DNA from: Alphaproteobacteria bacterium
GTDB taxonomy: Bacteria; Pseudomonadota; Alphaproteobacteria; GCA-2731375
Assembly: GCA_030752605.1 (NCBI GenBank)
Contig: JASMDX010000049.1
Location: 57,726 to 121,725, forward strand
Direction of reading: 5' to 3'
DNA: 64,000 nt
Both the position numbers and the translations under genes were made by a program. The notes beneath the pieces are model-generated. The model saw only the letters and a list, made by a program, of their open reading frames with translations. It was not told the DNA's origin and did not search any database. The stretch's first letter is position 1. Every line of letters starts with the position of its first letter. This document shows, in pieces, positions 27,338 through 38,231 of the stretch.

Positions 27338-28882
27338 TTAGATTTGCCGGCCAGCCCGCTCCCAATAAGGTTGACGCAGCTTTCGTTTAAAAATTTTTCC
27401 CGTATCTTCGCGCGGCATGGCGTCATGAAACGTTACCTCGCGCGGGATTTTATAGGCCGAAATATGCTGGCCCAGATATTCCCGTACCGCCTCCACCAAT
27501 AATGTCTCTCCGGGTTGTGGTTCGATCGCGGCCGCGACGCTTTCACCGAATTCATCATGAGGAATGCCAAATACAGCGCAATCCTGCACGCCGGGCATCT
27601 CATGTAACGCCGCCTCGATCTCGGCAGGGTAGATGTTTACGCCGCCCGAGATGATCATGTCGCGCTTGCGGTCGTTCAGGAACAGGTAGCCATCCTCGTC
27701 AATGTAGCCAACGTCGCCATTCGTGACCATGCCGTCGCGTTCGATCTCGGCCCGCTTATCATCTTTGTTATGATAGGTGAAATCGGAAAGATTTGGCATG
27801 GTCATATAGATTTCGCCACTTTCCCCCCGGCCCAGAACCTTGCCGTCATCGTCATAAATGCGCACCACAGTGTCCTCCTGGGGTCGGCCCACTGTGCCGG
27901 GTTTGGCCAGGGCATCGGCGCTGGAGGCAACGGAGACGATGCCGGCCTCGGTGGAGCCGTAATATTCGAAGATTACCTCACCCCACCATTCGATCATCTT
28001 GGTCTTGGCCTCGGGCGGACAGGGTGCCGCGCCATGGATCACATGCACCAACGATGATAAGTCGTATTTGGCTTTAATCTCGTCCGGCAGACGCAGCATG
28101 CGCATGAACATGGTAGGCACCACGTGCATATGGCTGATCTTGTGCTCATGGACGGCTCGCAGCAGGCCTTCGGGATCGAAACGCGGCAACAGATGAATAT
28201 CGTTACCAAGGGCCATGGCGATGGAAGCATAGGCGCCCGGAGCGGAGTGGTACATCGGCCCGGTCATGGCGCATACACCACCCATCCCAATGCCGAACGA
28301 CCGCATGGCCAATTCCCCCAATCGGGCCTGGTTCTCAGGCGAGGTGGGTTCCCGGCGCACGCCCTTTGGATTGCCTGTGGTACCCGAGGTATAGATCATG
28401 CTACCCCGCTGCAGGGGCGGCGCTCCGGTCCAAGGCTGGAAACCATCGCGCCAGATTTCATAGTCCGTCATACCAGCCGCCACCGCCTGATTTTCCGGCG
28501 GTATACTGTAAGCATCGGCGATTTCGGGCGGCGTGGCGCAAACCAGAACGGAGATACCGCCGGGCACCTCGGAGGCGATGGCGGGCAGCAGATCCGCATG
28601 CACCACGACCGCCTTGGCGCCGGAGTCCGAGAGCACATACCCCGCTTCCTCCGCCGTGGCATGCCAATTGACCGGGACCGCATAGGCGCCGATCAGATTG
28701 CCAGCAATCTTGGTTTCCAACATGGCTATATCATTGCGCATGACAGTAGCGAAACTGTTGCCATCACCAACTCCGAGGGACACTAGCCCAGCCGCCAGCT
28801 TGGCACCATTCAGCGCCACCTCTTCCATGGCCACCTTCCGGTCGCCGCTATAAACGTAATAGGTCATGGCTTTCCAACCCAC
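27338..28882 (-). CDS. AMP-forming acyl-CoA synthetase (AMP-binding enzyme)
   Basis: YTSGTTGNPKGV AMP-binding signature. 514 aa; an alternative start is at 28867. Confidence 0.85.
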   Translation of the reverse strand: MGWKAMTYYVYSGDRKVAMEEVALNGAKLAAGLVSLGVGDGNSFATVMRNDIAMLETKIAGNLIGAYAVPVNWHATAEEAGYVLSDSGAKAVVVHADLLPAIASEVPGGISVLVCATPPEIADAYSIPPENQAVAAGMTDYEIWRDGFQPWTGAPPLQRGSMIYTSGTTGNPKGVRREPTSPENQARLGELAMRSFGIGMGGVCAMTGPMYHSAPGAYASIAMALGNDIHLLPRFDPEGLLRAVHEHKISHMHVVPTMFMRMLRLPDEIKAKYDLSSLVHVIHGAAPCPPEAKTKMIEWWGEVIFEYYGSTEAGIVSVASSADALAKPGTVGRPQEDTVVRIYDDDGKVLGRGESGEIYMTMPNLSDFTYHNKDDKRAEIERDGMVTNGDVGYIDEDGYLFLNDRKRDMIISGGVNIYPAEIEAALHEMPGVQDCAVFGIPHDEFGESVAAAIEPQPGETLLVEAVREYLGQHISAYKIPREVTFHDAMPREDTGKIFKRKLRQPYWERAGRQI

Positions 28883-29793
28883 TATTGCTGATCTGTCTCT
28901 GCTTTCAATTGTTCAGCGAATATCCGCACGGTTTCAGCCAACGTCCGGTCGGTATCGATGGTTTCGCGGGTTTCCGCCGCCAGAGGAGTGGCCGCCATCA
29001 ATTTCAGCATCCACGCAGCGCCACGATGGAAATCGCCGGTTACGCCGGCCCCTTCCATGGTCTCGGCGATCTCGTCCATCTCCGGCCACCAGCGTTCGGA
29101 ATCCGCTGGCAGGCGGGAAATCCCGGTTTGCAGATATTTCCAGGTATCGCCCTGACTAAACGCCAGTTCCGCGCCCAATTCATCAAGCAGATCCAAGGAT
29201 TGCGCCGCCGTCGCAATAGCTGAAAAAAGCGAGAACCGGCCCTTGTTGAGGCCGCTATAGAGCATCTTGAGGGCCGAGGCACGGCCGACTTCGACGCCCA
29301 CAACCTGTAACTTTATGCCCTCCACGGCCAGCGCCTCCGCCGGGGCCAAATTGGGTCCGGAGACGTAGAACCGCGTTGGCTGCGGTCCCTTGCCGGGCGC
29401 CCAGCCGATAATGCCGCAGTCTATGTAGGGCGCACCTGAGCCGTTATTGGCAGACGCCATGATTTCGGCGATTTTACCACTTGATGCGGGTGAAATAGCA
29501 TTGCAATCCATAAAGACCGGAAAACTATCCGTCCGCGTCATCGCCGCCACAACCTCCCCCGCCAAGCCGATGGCGGAGGAGGGCGGCAGGATAGACAGGA
29601 TCAAGGCCGCCTCCCCCACCACGGCATCAAGATCCGGCAAATTACGAAAACCGCCACGTTCCGCCCGCACCTTACTCTCGGCACTCCGCCCAGCCAGACA
29701 GGTGACCACGTCATGGCCGGCATTGTGCAAGACCTGGCCGACGCCGCCGCCCATGTCACCCGGTGCGATGATCGCGATGGTTTGTGAATTCAT
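28882..29793 (-). CDS. NAD(P)-binding oxidoreductase (6-phosphogluconate-dehydrogenase-like NAD-binding domain with DUF1932-type C-terminus)
   Basis: IAIIAPGDMGGGVG Rossmann motif. 303 aa. Its stop abuts the ligase start. Confidence 0.6.
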   Translation of the reverse strand: MNSQTIAIIAPGDMGGGVGQVLHNAGHDVVTCLAGRSAESKVRAERGGFRNLPDLDAVVGEAALILSILPPSSAIGLAGEVVAAMTRTDSFPVFMDCNAISPASSGKIAEIMASANNGSGAPYIDCGIIGWAPGKGPQPTRFYVSGPNLAPAEALAVEGIKLQVVGVEVGRASALKMLYSGLNKGRFSLFSAIATAAQSLDLLDELGAELAFSQGDTWKYLQTGISRLPADSERWWPEMDEIAETMEGAGVTGDFHRGAAWMLKLMAATPLAAETRETIDTDRTLAETVRIFAEQLKAETDQQ

Positions 29794-30278
29794 GTGCTTA
29801 AGCTACCTTTCATCCCCAACCGGCATTGTAGAGGGTCAGGGCGGAATGGTGAAGGGAGCATGGAGTGAGGTCTGCCGTCAAACCGGATCATCGTCCAATA
29901 TACAGCGGACCGCCACGGCGAGTGCCCGATCGGTATACGGCTTACTCAACAGGGCTCCCTCGAAATCGATACGCGATATTGTTTCATGACTCCGGGAACT
30001 GGAAACGGACTGCGGAGAAGCTAAGGAACCCGCGACACATGAATTATCACCAATTTTTTTGATCACGATGCAAAACAAGCTGGTTTAAATCATCGGAACC
30101 GAGCTATCCGGTGCCGTAGGGCCAAGGTCTTACCAACGGGCGAATGACGGCCCTATTGAAAAGAATTCGAGCATGCCGAAAGCGGCTGGATCATCATGCA
30201 GCCGTTTGTAGAAGCCCTGCAGCAAGGCGCAAGTGGCGGCCGCAATTGCGGCAATCCAAAATTAGCACGCCCCCCGCC

Positions 30279-31973
30279 TTACGCAACCAGGTCCCGCAAC
30301 TCCCGGCGCAGTACTTTGCCGACGGGAGATTTGGGAATATCGTCGATAAACTGAATACGTTTTGGCACCTTGTAGTTGGTCAGGCCATCATGGCAATGGG
30401 CAATCACAGCTTCCTCGGTGACTCCATCGTCGTTGCGCACGATGAAAGCCATGGGCACTTCGGAGGATTTTTCATCCGGGATACCGACCACGCCGACCTC
30501 GACCACACCGGGGAGCTTGGAGATGACATCCTCGATCTCATTCGGCGAGACATTGAAGCCCGAAACCAGGATCATATCTTTCTTGCGGTCCACGATCTCA
30601 AGAAAGCCATCCTCGTCCATCACCGCGATGTCGCCGGAATAGAGCCAGCCGTCCTTTAAAGCTTCTGCCGTCGCATCCGGACGGCCGAAGTAACCCTTCA
30701 TGATGGTCGGGCCCTTGAACAATAGCTCGCCGGGCGAACCAATGGGTTGATCGACGCCCTCGTCATCGACGATGCGCACGTCCAGACCAGGCACTGGGAT
30801 ACCGACCGAGCCTAGACGATTCTCACCCAATGGGTTCAGACTCATTACGCCGCAGCATTCCGTCATGCCATAGCCCTGATAGATCTCGACGCCCGTGGCA
30901 TCGGCCCAACGCTGGGCCACGCCAGTCTGTTGCGCCGCACCGCCAGAGCCGCAGAAAACCACGTCCTTGAGCAGATCACGGCTGAACCAGTCTTCCTCCA
31001 ACAGCACCGCGAACAGAGTATTGATGCCGGTAAAGCGGGTGACTTTGAAATTCTCGAACGCGGTTTTCAAATTTGACGGCGGGCGCGGTGACGGCACCAG
31101 AACCATGTGGTCGCCGCCAGCAATACCGAGCACGAAAATCAGGGCGAAGGCGGTAATGTGATACAGTGGCAGGATTACCAGGGTGGTATCGCCATCAGGA
31201 TTGGTGATTTCCTCGGCCAGGCAATTAGCCTGCGCGGCGTTGGCGAGGATGCCCGTATGGCTTAATTCCGCGCCCTTGCTGCGCCCCGTGGTGCCGGAGG
31301 TATATTGGAACAAGGCCGAATCCGCGCCGCTCTGACCTGCGGTATACGACGCGATATCGCCGCCATTCCGCGCCCGTGCGCCTTGACTTAGTGCATCGGC
31401 GAAATCGATATGGGCGTGCGCCATATTGGGAATGGCCTTTTTCACGTGCTTTAGCACGATGCCGATGATCAGCTTTTTCATAAAAGGGAAGAAATCCAGC
31501 AGGGAAATCTTCACCACCTGGCGAACATCCGTGTTACCGACGACCTCGTCGACCTTATCGCCGAACATATCGATAATGATCAGCAACTTGGCCTTGGAAT
31601 CGTTGAGCTGATGTTCCATTTCCGGTGCGGTATAGAGTGGGTTGATATTGGTACAGATTGCACCGGCTAGAAAGGCGCCGGCGGCGGCAATGGTGAAGTC
31701 AATGCAATTGGGCGTCATCATGGCAACGGTCTCGCCCCTTTGCAGCCCGGCGGTCTCGCGCAGATAGGCGGCGAAATCCCTGGAATGCTCCAGCCACTCG
31801 GCATAGTTCAGCGTGGTCGCCGCGCCGTTGGGCAGCACGGTGGTCATCGCCGGACGGTTGGCGAATTCCGTGCCCGCATGATTAATCAATTCGACCAGTG
31901 TACCATGCGCCATGGCGTCCGCATCGAAGTTCCTAGCCGTTTCGCTGTAATACTTCTCCCAAGGTCGCGACAT
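30279..31973 (-). CDS. Long-chain-fatty-acid--CoA ligase (AMP-binding, FadD-like)
   Basis: YTSGTTGRSKGA motif. The start is set at the ATG at 31973 (MSRPWEKYY), which is preceded by a GGAGGCGG RBS. Confidence 0.85.
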   Translation of the reverse strand: MSRPWEKYYSETARNFDADAMAHGTLVELINHAGTEFANRPAMTTVLPNGAATTLNYAEWLEHSRDFAAYLRETAGLQRGETVAMMTPNCIDFTIAAAGAFLAGAICTNINPLYTAPEMEHQLNDSKAKLLIIIDMFGDKVDEVVGNTDVRQVVKISLLDFFPFMKKLIIGIVLKHVKKAIPNMAHAHIDFADALSQGARARNGGDIASYTAGQSGADSALFQYTSGTTGRSKGAELSHTGILANAAQANCLAEEITNPDGDTTLVILPLYHITAFALIFVLGIAGGDHMVLVPSPRPPSNLKTAFENFKVTRFTGINTLFAVLLEEDWFSRDLLKDVVFCGSGGAAQQTGVAQRWADATGVEIYQGYGMTECCGVMSLNPLGENRLGSVGIPVPGLDVRIVDDEGVDQPIGSPGELLFKGPTIMKGYFGRPDATAEALKDGWLYSGDIAVMDEDGFLEIVDRKKDMILVSGFNVSPNEIEDVISKLPGVVEVGVVGIPDEKSSEVPMAFIVRNDDGVTEEAVIAHCHDGLTNYKVPKRIQFIDDIPKSPVGKVLRRELRDLVA

Positions 31974-32121
31974 CTTTTCCGCCTCCATCCCCAAAGCCTC
32001 TTTTATGCCCAAGACGGTATCGTGATTTGCCGCGTAAAACAATTACTACCGAAAGAAAACGCGCAATAACGATGCCCAATTGTTAAGCTGGGCGTAGAAA
32101 CAGAAACTCAGGATCGAGCAT

Positions 32122-33297
32122 ATGAAAATCACCGGCTGTGAAGTCCTGCACTGTGGTGCGGGTTGGCGTAATTTTTCCTTTTTGAAGCTGCAGACGGACG
32201 ACGGCATCACTGGCATCTCGGAATATAACGAGAGCTATGGATCCAAAGGCCTCTCAGCCGTGATTGAGGCCTTGGTCGAAACTCAAATTGGGCAGAACCC
32301 CTGCAATCACGAGGCCATTTCACAGCAGCTTTACGCCATGACGCGGCAGGCGCCGGGCGGCATCAATCAACAGGCCATGGCCGCTATCGAAAATGCCATG
32401 ATGGACATCAAGGGCAAGGCCCTAGGCGTACCAGTCTATGACCTATTGGGCGGTGCGGTGCGGGATCGGATGAAGCTCTATTGGTCCCATTGCGGTAGCT
32501 ATCTGATGAACCCGGCGGCGGCGAAAGCGATCGGACGGTCACCGCTGAAGAACCTCGACGACGTGGAGGCCCTGGGGGCACGAGTGCGGGAGAGCGGCTA
32601 TACGGGCCTGAAGACCAATATCTTCCGCTTTGGTGAGACGCCGCCGCTGCACATGCCCGGCTTTGGGCGGGGGCCGGGCTGTCCTGAGCTGAATGTGGAA
32701 AAGCACATCATCCGCGATCTGAGGGCCCAGTTGGAGGCACTGCGCGAAGGCGCCGGCCCCGACATGGGCATCCACCTTGATATTAATTTCAACTGCAAGA
32801 CCGAAGGGTATTTGCAGATGACCCGGGCCCTGGATGATCTGGGTCTGACCTGGTTCGAAATTGATCTTTACGACCCGGAGGCCCTGCGCCATATCCGCAA
32901 TTCCGTGCAAACGCCCATCGCCTCTTGCGAAAGCCTATTCCGCCTGCGGGAATTCCGTCCGTTCTTTGAAAATCACTCCATGGATGTTGCCATTATCGAT
33001 CTGCCCTGGAACGGGATCTTTCATTCCATGAAGATTGCCGCCATGGCCGAGGCGTACGAAATCAACGTTGCGCCGCATAATTTTTACGGCCATCTATCTT
33101 CCATCATGTCGGCCCATATGTGCGCCGCCGTGCCCAATTTCCGCATCATGGAGATTGATGTGGACGATGTCCCGTGGAAAGACGAGATCGTCACCTATGT
33201 GCCGGAGATCGAGGATGGCTATCTGAATCTACCGAAGGGCCCCGGTTGGGGTACGGAACTGAATGAAGACGTTATCCGCGCCCACCCGCCTATTTAG
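32122..33297 (+). CDS. Enolase-superfamily sugar-acid dehydratase (mannonate/galactonate dehydratase-like subgroup), fourth paralogue
   Basis: MKITGCEV N-terminus and metal-ligand pattern. 391 aa. Confidence 0.75.
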   Translation: MKITGCEVLHCGAGWRNFSFLKLQTDDGITGISEYNESYGSKGLSAVIEALVETQIGQNPCNHEAISQQLYAMTRQAPGGINQQAMAAIENAMMDIKGKALGVPVYDLLGGAVRDRMKLYWSHCGSYLMNPAAAKAIGRSPLKNLDDVEALGARVRESGYTGLKTNIFRFGETPPLHMPGFGRGPGCPELNVEKHIIRDLRAQLEALREGAGPDMGIHLDINFNCKTEGYLQMTRALDDLGLTWFEIDLYDPEALRHIRNSVQTPIASCESLFRLREFRPFFENHSMDVAIIDLPWNGIFHSMKIAAMAEAYEINVAPHNFYGHLSSIMSAHMCAAVPNFRIMEIDVDDVPWKDEIVTYVPEIEDGYLNLPKGPGWGTELNEDVIRAHPPI

Positions 33298-33312
33298 AGA
33301 TTGGATTTGGGA

Positions 33313-34272
33313 ATGAGATTTGTCGTACTGGGTGCGGGCGCCCTGGGCACGGTGATCGCCGCCTATCTCGCCCGTGCCGGCGAGGACGTGGCCCTGATCG
33401 CACGTGGGCCGCGGGCCAAGCAGTTGGCCAATGAAGGCGTCACCATCACCGGCCTGGAGGACTTTACAGTTGAAATGGAAATCGTCGAGCAGCCCAGTTC
33501 ATTGAACAGCGCCGATGTCCTGATCATGGCGACCAAGACCTACGATACCGCCGCCGCCATTGATGCCGTACGCCATATGAAGCTGGGAAGCATTTTTTCC
33601 ATCCAGAACGGCGTCATGAAGAACGTACAGTTGGCGGAAGCTTTTGGCGACGATACGGTCCTGGGTGCCATCGGCATGCTGGGCGGGGCAGTCGAAGCCA
33701 GCGGCGCGGCCAATTTCATGATGGACAACCCAATCCTTGTTGGCGAACTGTCCGGTGCCGATAGCACCAGGGTCGCGGATATCGTCCGTGCGCTAAAGAA
33801 TGCCAAGCTGACAGCGGCGGCCTCCAACACTATTTTGACCGAGGAATGGACAAAATTCGTCGGATGGCTGGGCCTGTCCGGTCTGGCGGTCCTGACACGG
33901 CAAGAAAGCTGGAAATTCATGACCGATAAGGACGGCGCCCGTATAGTCGCCCGGATCATGCAAGATACGGCGCAACTGCCCCAACACCTCGGTATCCCGT
34001 TGAAAACCGGGCCAATGTTCACGTTCGAGGCCATATCGTCCGGGGACGAAGATGCGGTTGTCGCGTTCCTGCGCCGGCGCGGCGAAGCTCAAAGCACGAC
34101 GGCACCCAACTTCCGCCAATCTATGCTGCAGGACGTGGACAAGGGCAAACAATTCGAGGTCGAGGAGACTTTTGGTTACACCGTGCGCAAGGCCAAGGAA
34201 TTCGGCCTCTCCGTGCCTACGGTGGAAACCTGCTATCGAATCCTGTCAGGACTTAACCGCATGCTGCAATGA
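33313..34272 (+). CDS. 2-dehydropantoate 2-reductase family (ketopantoate reductase ApbA/PanE-like)
   Basis: MRFVVLGAGALGTVIAAYLA Rossmann N-terminus with a KPR-like C-terminal domain. Confidence 0.75.
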   Translation: MRFVVLGAGALGTVIAAYLARAGEDVALIARGPRAKQLANEGVTITGLEDFTVEMEIVEQPSSLNSADVLIMATKTYDTAAAIDAVRHMKLGSIFSIQNGVMKNVQLAEAFGDDTVLGAIGMLGGAVEASGAANFMMDNPILVGELSGADSTRVADIVRALKNAKLTAAASNTILTEEWTKFVGWLGLSGLAVLTRQESWKFMTDKDGARIVARIMQDTAQLPQHLGIPLKTGPMFTFEAISSGDEDAVVAFLRRRGEAQSTTAPNFRQSMLQDVDKGKQFEVEETFGYTVRKAKEFGLSVPTVETCYRILSGLNRMLQ

Positions 34273-34320
34273 GCCGCAGTGAATGGACCGTAACGAGCAT
34301 GGATTAGGAAAGGAAGCCCA

Positions 34321-35082
34321 ATGCCATATCTGGACCGCGGCAACGGCGTTCGCATCTATTTCGAGGATAGCGGCGGCAGCGACCTGCCGATCCTGTTGGC
34401 CCATGGTTTTGGCGCCTCGACGGCGATGTGGGCCGGTCAGGTCACCAAATTTTTAGACCGCTACCGCTTGATCACTTGGGACATGCGCGGCCACGGCAGA
34501 ACGGAATGCCCGGAGGATTTGAGTTTTTTTGGTCAGGATGAAACAGTCGACGACATGTGCGCGGTCCTGGATCGTCTCGACATCAGAAAAGCCGTTATCG
34601 GCGGACATTCCCTGGGCGGCTTCATGTCCCTGGCCTTCAACGCGCGTTATCCAGAAAGGGTCGCGGCCCTGATCCTACAGGGCTGTGGGCCGGGATATCG
34701 CAGCGACAGGGCGCGAGAGACCTGGAACGAGCGCGCCGAGAGCCGGGCCAGATCATTGGAGGAAGGCGGCCTTGACGCCCTGGGCGGCACGGGGGAGGTC
34801 AGCGCGTCCATTCAAGGCACCGCGCAGGGTCTGGCGCTTGCGGCGCGGGGTATACTGAATCAAGTCGACGCCCGCGTCATCGACAGCCTGATGGGCATCG
34901 CCGTGCCTACCTTGATTGTCATCGGCGATGGAGACAGCAACTATTTGCAGGGCTCCGACTACATGGCGGCCCGCATCCCCAACGCCGTCAATGTCCTGGT
35001 GGCGAACGCCACCCACGGCGTCAACATCGATCAGCCCGAGGCGGTCAACAAAGCGTTGGGCGAATTCCTGGAGGGTTTGTGA
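34321..35082 (+). CDS. Alpha/beta-fold hydrolase
   Basis: GHSLGG nucleophile-elbow motif. 253 aa. Confidence 0.8.
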   Translation: MPYLDRGNGVRIYFEDSGGSDLPILLAHGFGASTAMWAGQVTKFLDRYRLITWDMRGHGRTECPEDLSFFGQDETVDDMCAVLDRLDIRKAVIGGHSLGGFMSLAFNARYPERVAALILQGCGPGYRSDRARETWNERAESRARSLEEGGLDALGGTGEVSASIQGTAQGLALAARGILNQVDARVIDSLMGIAVPTLIVIGDGDSNYLQGSDYMAARIPNAVNVLVANATHGVNIDQPEAVNKALGEFLEGL

Positions 35083-35240
35083 GGCCGCTCAACCCGTCGG
35101 GATAATGACGATCATGAACATGGCGACGCCGGCGTCACGGTTCAGGTCAAATTAGCGCGGATTAATGACATGGGGCTCTTCATGGAGGCGCCAGTTCGCG
35201 TGCGCTATCGCCGGTTGGCCATTGCGCACGGCTGGAGGCA

Positions 35241-36893
35241 CTATTCCTTCAACAATCGCCGGAACATTTTGCCGGTCGCGCTGAGCGGTAGTTCTTCCCG
35301 AAATTCAACCGCGCGCGGCACCTTGTAGCCGACCATGCGCTGCTTGCAGAAAGTAATGATATCGCCTTCCGCCACCAAGCCACGATGACTTTCCTTCAGC
35401 ACCACGAAGGCCTTCACCACCTCACCCCAATAGTCGTCGGGCTGCCCGGTCACGGCGGCCAATTGCACCGCCGGATGGGCATAAATGACTTCCTCCACCT
35501 CGCGCGGCCAGACCTTATAGCCGGCGCTGTTGATCAGGTCTTTCTTGCGGTCAACGATGGTGAAATAACCCTCGGCATCCATCAACGCGATATCACCGGT
35601 ATGGAACCAGCCGCCCGCCATCGCCATCGCCGTTTCCTCCGGCCGCTTCCAATAGGCCTTCATCACTTGCGGTCCACGGATCACCAACTCGCCTGCCTCG
35701 CCCGCCATCAGATCGGTTCCGGTGTCGGGATCCACAATCTTAGCGTCGGTGTCGCGAAGCGGTATGCCGATCGAGCCCGGCTTGGCCCGGTGTGGTGGAT
35801 TGGCATGGGTCAGCGGGCTGGTTTCCGTCAGGCCATAGCCTTCGATCAGCACCTCGCGGCCAACCAGTTCGTCAAATGCCGCCTTGACACTGGCCGGCAA
35901 TGGCGCAGCCGAGGTGCGGCAGGCGCGCAGTGATGAATAATCGGCTGCCTGCGCCGTCTCGTCATTGAGCAAGGCGATGAACATGGTTGGCACACCGAAC
36001 AAACGGGTGGCGCCGTAATGTTCCACCGTCCGGGCGATCACGCCTGGGCGAAAGTGTTGGAACAGCAGGATCGTCGCGCCTGCATACAAAGGCACGTTCA
36101 GGGCCCCCGACATGCCGCCGCTGTGAAACATGGGTAGGGCGCCAATGCAGGTTTCGGCGCCTGTTTCGAAGGCATACCATTCGGCAAACTGCATGGTGTT
36201 GGCGACGATGTTTCGGTGGCTCAGCATCGCGCCCTTAGGCTGGCCGGTGGTGCCGCCGGTATAGAGCAGCACCGCCACATCTTCCGCCGGGTCGAGCGGA
36301 CAAGGCGTGATTTCTTCTCCGGAAAATGCCAGCAGCTCCGCTAAGGTCAGGGCGCCGGCCTGCGGCGCGGCTTCACTTTCGTCGGCCAGTACCAATTGGA
36401 TGCCCAAGTTGGCGGCGACCTTGTCGGCCACCTCCGCCCGTGCGTAGGTGGCCAGTAGAATGTCAGCCTCGGCGTCTGCCAATAGAGAAGTGGCTTCGCC
36501 CTCGGTCAGGGCCGGGTTGATCGGTACCACCGTCGCCCCCAGCAACCAGGCGGCGTGATAACCCATCACCAGTTCGGCGCAGTTGCCCAACGCCAGGGCG
36601 ACGTGGCCACCCTGGCCAATGCCCAGTTCACGCAGACCGCCAGCCAGGGCTTGTACCGAGCGCCAAAGCTCTCGGTAGGTTATATTGCGGGTTTCGGTAC
36701 CACTTTCATGGTCGATAATGCACAATGCAGAGCGTTCGGAAAAACGTTCGAGATTACGCTGCAACAGCCACCAGGCCGGCACGTCGGGGTAGTCAAGCGT
36801 GGCGGGAAGATGCGCCGGCCAGGCGTGGCGCCAAGGGGGCGTCCCGTCAGCCCCGGATCGGCTAGGCACCTCCCGAGGCCACCTCCAGGCCAT
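35241..36893 (-). CDS. AMP-forming acyl-CoA ligase
   Basis: LLYTGGTTGQPKGAMLSH motif. 550 aa. Its start overlaps the upstream OFOR gamma gene by 32 nt. Confidence 0.85.
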   Translation of the reverse strand: MAWRWPREVPSRSGADGTPPWRHAWPAHLPATLDYPDVPAWWLLQRNLERFSERSALCIIDHESGTETRNITYRELWRSVQALAGGLRELGIGQGGHVALALGNCAELVMGYHAAWLLGATVVPINPALTEGEATSLLADAEADILLATYARAEVADKVAANLGIQLVLADESEAAPQAGALTLAELLAFSGEEITPCPLDPAEDVAVLLYTGGTTGQPKGAMLSHRNIVANTMQFAEWYAFETGAETCIGALPMFHSGGMSGALNVPLYAGATILLFQHFRPGVIARTVEHYGATRLFGVPTMFIALLNDETAQAADYSSLRACRTSAAPLPASVKAAFDELVGREVLIEGYGLTETSPLTHANPPHRAKPGSIGIPLRDTDAKIVDPDTGTDLMAGEAGELVIRGPQVMKAYWKRPEETAMAMAGGWFHTGDIALMDAEGYFTIVDRKKDLINSAGYKVWPREVEEVIYAHPAVQLAAVTGQPDDYWGEVVKAFVVLKESHRGLVAEGDIITFCKQRMVGYKVPRAVEFREELPLSATGKMFRRLLKE

Positions 36894-37401
36894 GGCCTAT
36901 ATCTAGGGCGCGCAGGTTTTGTTCATGGGCCCGCGGAATGACATCCACCATGACATCCTTCATCACAGCTAGATCCATCGCCGCCAGGCGGGCCAAGGCG
37001 CCCAGCATCACCATGTTAGCAAAAAGGGCATCGTCTAAATATTCCCGCGCCAAGGCGCGGGAGGGAACCTCCACGTGCCGCTCGGGCGCATCGCCGTGGA
37101 TGTCCTCGACCATTTCAGGATCGTACAAAATCTTACCGCCGCACAGATCATAAAATTTAGTGTAGGCCGGGGCGGAAAAAGCAACGAATAGATCGGCGTT
37201 CTCGACCACTGGACTGTCCACATACTCCGGCGAGATCACCAGTTGCGCACGCACATAGCCGCCTCGGGTCTCGGTACCATGGCTTTTCAACATGGTCACC
37301 CGGTGTCCCTGATCGACCGCGCTACGCCCCAGGATCAGGGCCATGCGGACCACCCCTTGGCCGCCAAAGCCGCTTATCAGTATTTCCGTGCGCGGCTTCA
37401 T
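36862..37401 (-). CDS. 2-oxoacid:ferredoxin oxidoreductase, gamma subunit
   Basis: ILISGFGGQGVV motif typical of POR/VOR gamma. 179 aa. Confidence 0.85.
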   Translation of the reverse strand: MKPRTEILISGFGGQGVVRMALILGRSAVDQGHRVTMLKSHGTETRGGYVRAQLVISPEYVDSPVVENADLFVAFSAPAYTKFYDLCGGKILYDPEMVEDIHGDAPERHVEVPSRALAREYLDDALFANMVMLGALARLAAMDLAVMKDVMVDVIPRAHEQNLRALDIGHGLEVASGGA

Positions 37402-38231
37402 GCCGGCGCGTCCATATCGGCGCGAACCCGTGTGTTCAGATCGCGTAATACTTTGGAGTACTCCGGCCGGCTATTGGAGGCATCATGCTTAATGCCGGTC
37501 GTCCAGGCGAAATCAGTTTCCTCGCCATCATCGGTCCTGCCCTTGGTATGATCATGAATCCACTCCATGTTGTACAACGGATCGCGGCTGCCAAGGGCCG
37601 AAGCGCCGAAATTCTGGACGCAAGGAAAACGGATGTGGACAAAGGAAAAACCATCGTTGGCCAGTGCCATCTTGACGATCTTGACGGTTTGGCGCCATTG
37701 CACGGCGGTGGTCTCGGCGACGAATGTGGCACCGGCGGCGATCACCAGATCGCAGGGATCAAATGATTGCTCGACCATGCCATAGGGAGACGAATTGGTC
37801 ACGTATCCCTCCGGCGTAGTTGGCGAGAACTGGCCGCCGGTTGATTCGTAACCCATATTATCCTCGCAGATCACCGTAACCCCGACATTGCGCCGGGCGG
37901 CGTGAACCAGATGCGAGGCGCCGATCGACGAGGCATCGCCGTCGCCGACCACCAGCATGATCTGCTTGTCGGGACGGGCCACCTTCAGGCCGGTGGCGAC
38001 CGCCAGGGCACGGCCATGAGTAGCGCCGAAATTATCGCCGCCCCAAGTGGCAAAGGTCTGCCTGCCGACACAGCCGATACCGGCACCAAAGATGACGTCT
38101 TCCAGTTTCAATCCCGATTCATCAATCGCCTGCAGTAACCAATGTTCGATGGAGCCGATGGCGCAGCCCTGGCAGGCCTTGGTCGGGACCAGTTCCGGGC
38201 GCAGATATTTCTTGGCCAGTTTATTCATCAC
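37398..38231 (-). CDS. 2-oxoacid:ferredoxin oxidoreductase, beta (TPP-binding) subunit
   Basis: TPP-binding GDGD motif (LVVGDGDASSIG) and N-terminal Cys cluster CQGCAIG. Confidence 0.85.
   Translation of the reverse strand: MMNKLAKKYLRPELVPTKACQGCAIGSIEHWLLQAIDESGLKLEDVIFGAGIGCVGRQTFATWGGDNFGATHGRALAVATGLKVARPDKQIMLVVGDGDASSIGASHLVHAARRNVGVTVICEDNMGYESTGGQFSPTTPEGYVTNSSPYGMVEQSFDPCDLVIAAGATFVAETTAVQWRQTVKIVKMALANDGFSFVHIRFPCVQNFGASALGSRDPLYNMEWIHDHTKGRTDDGEETDFAWTTGIKHDASNSRPEYSKVLRDLNTRVRADMDAPA

Noticed and set aside
30194-30218. Palindrome GCCGCAATTGCGGC downstream of fadD-like gene as terminator
   Set aside because: Short stem and no U-tract. It may be a protein-binding site or incidental. 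Not strong enough to call.
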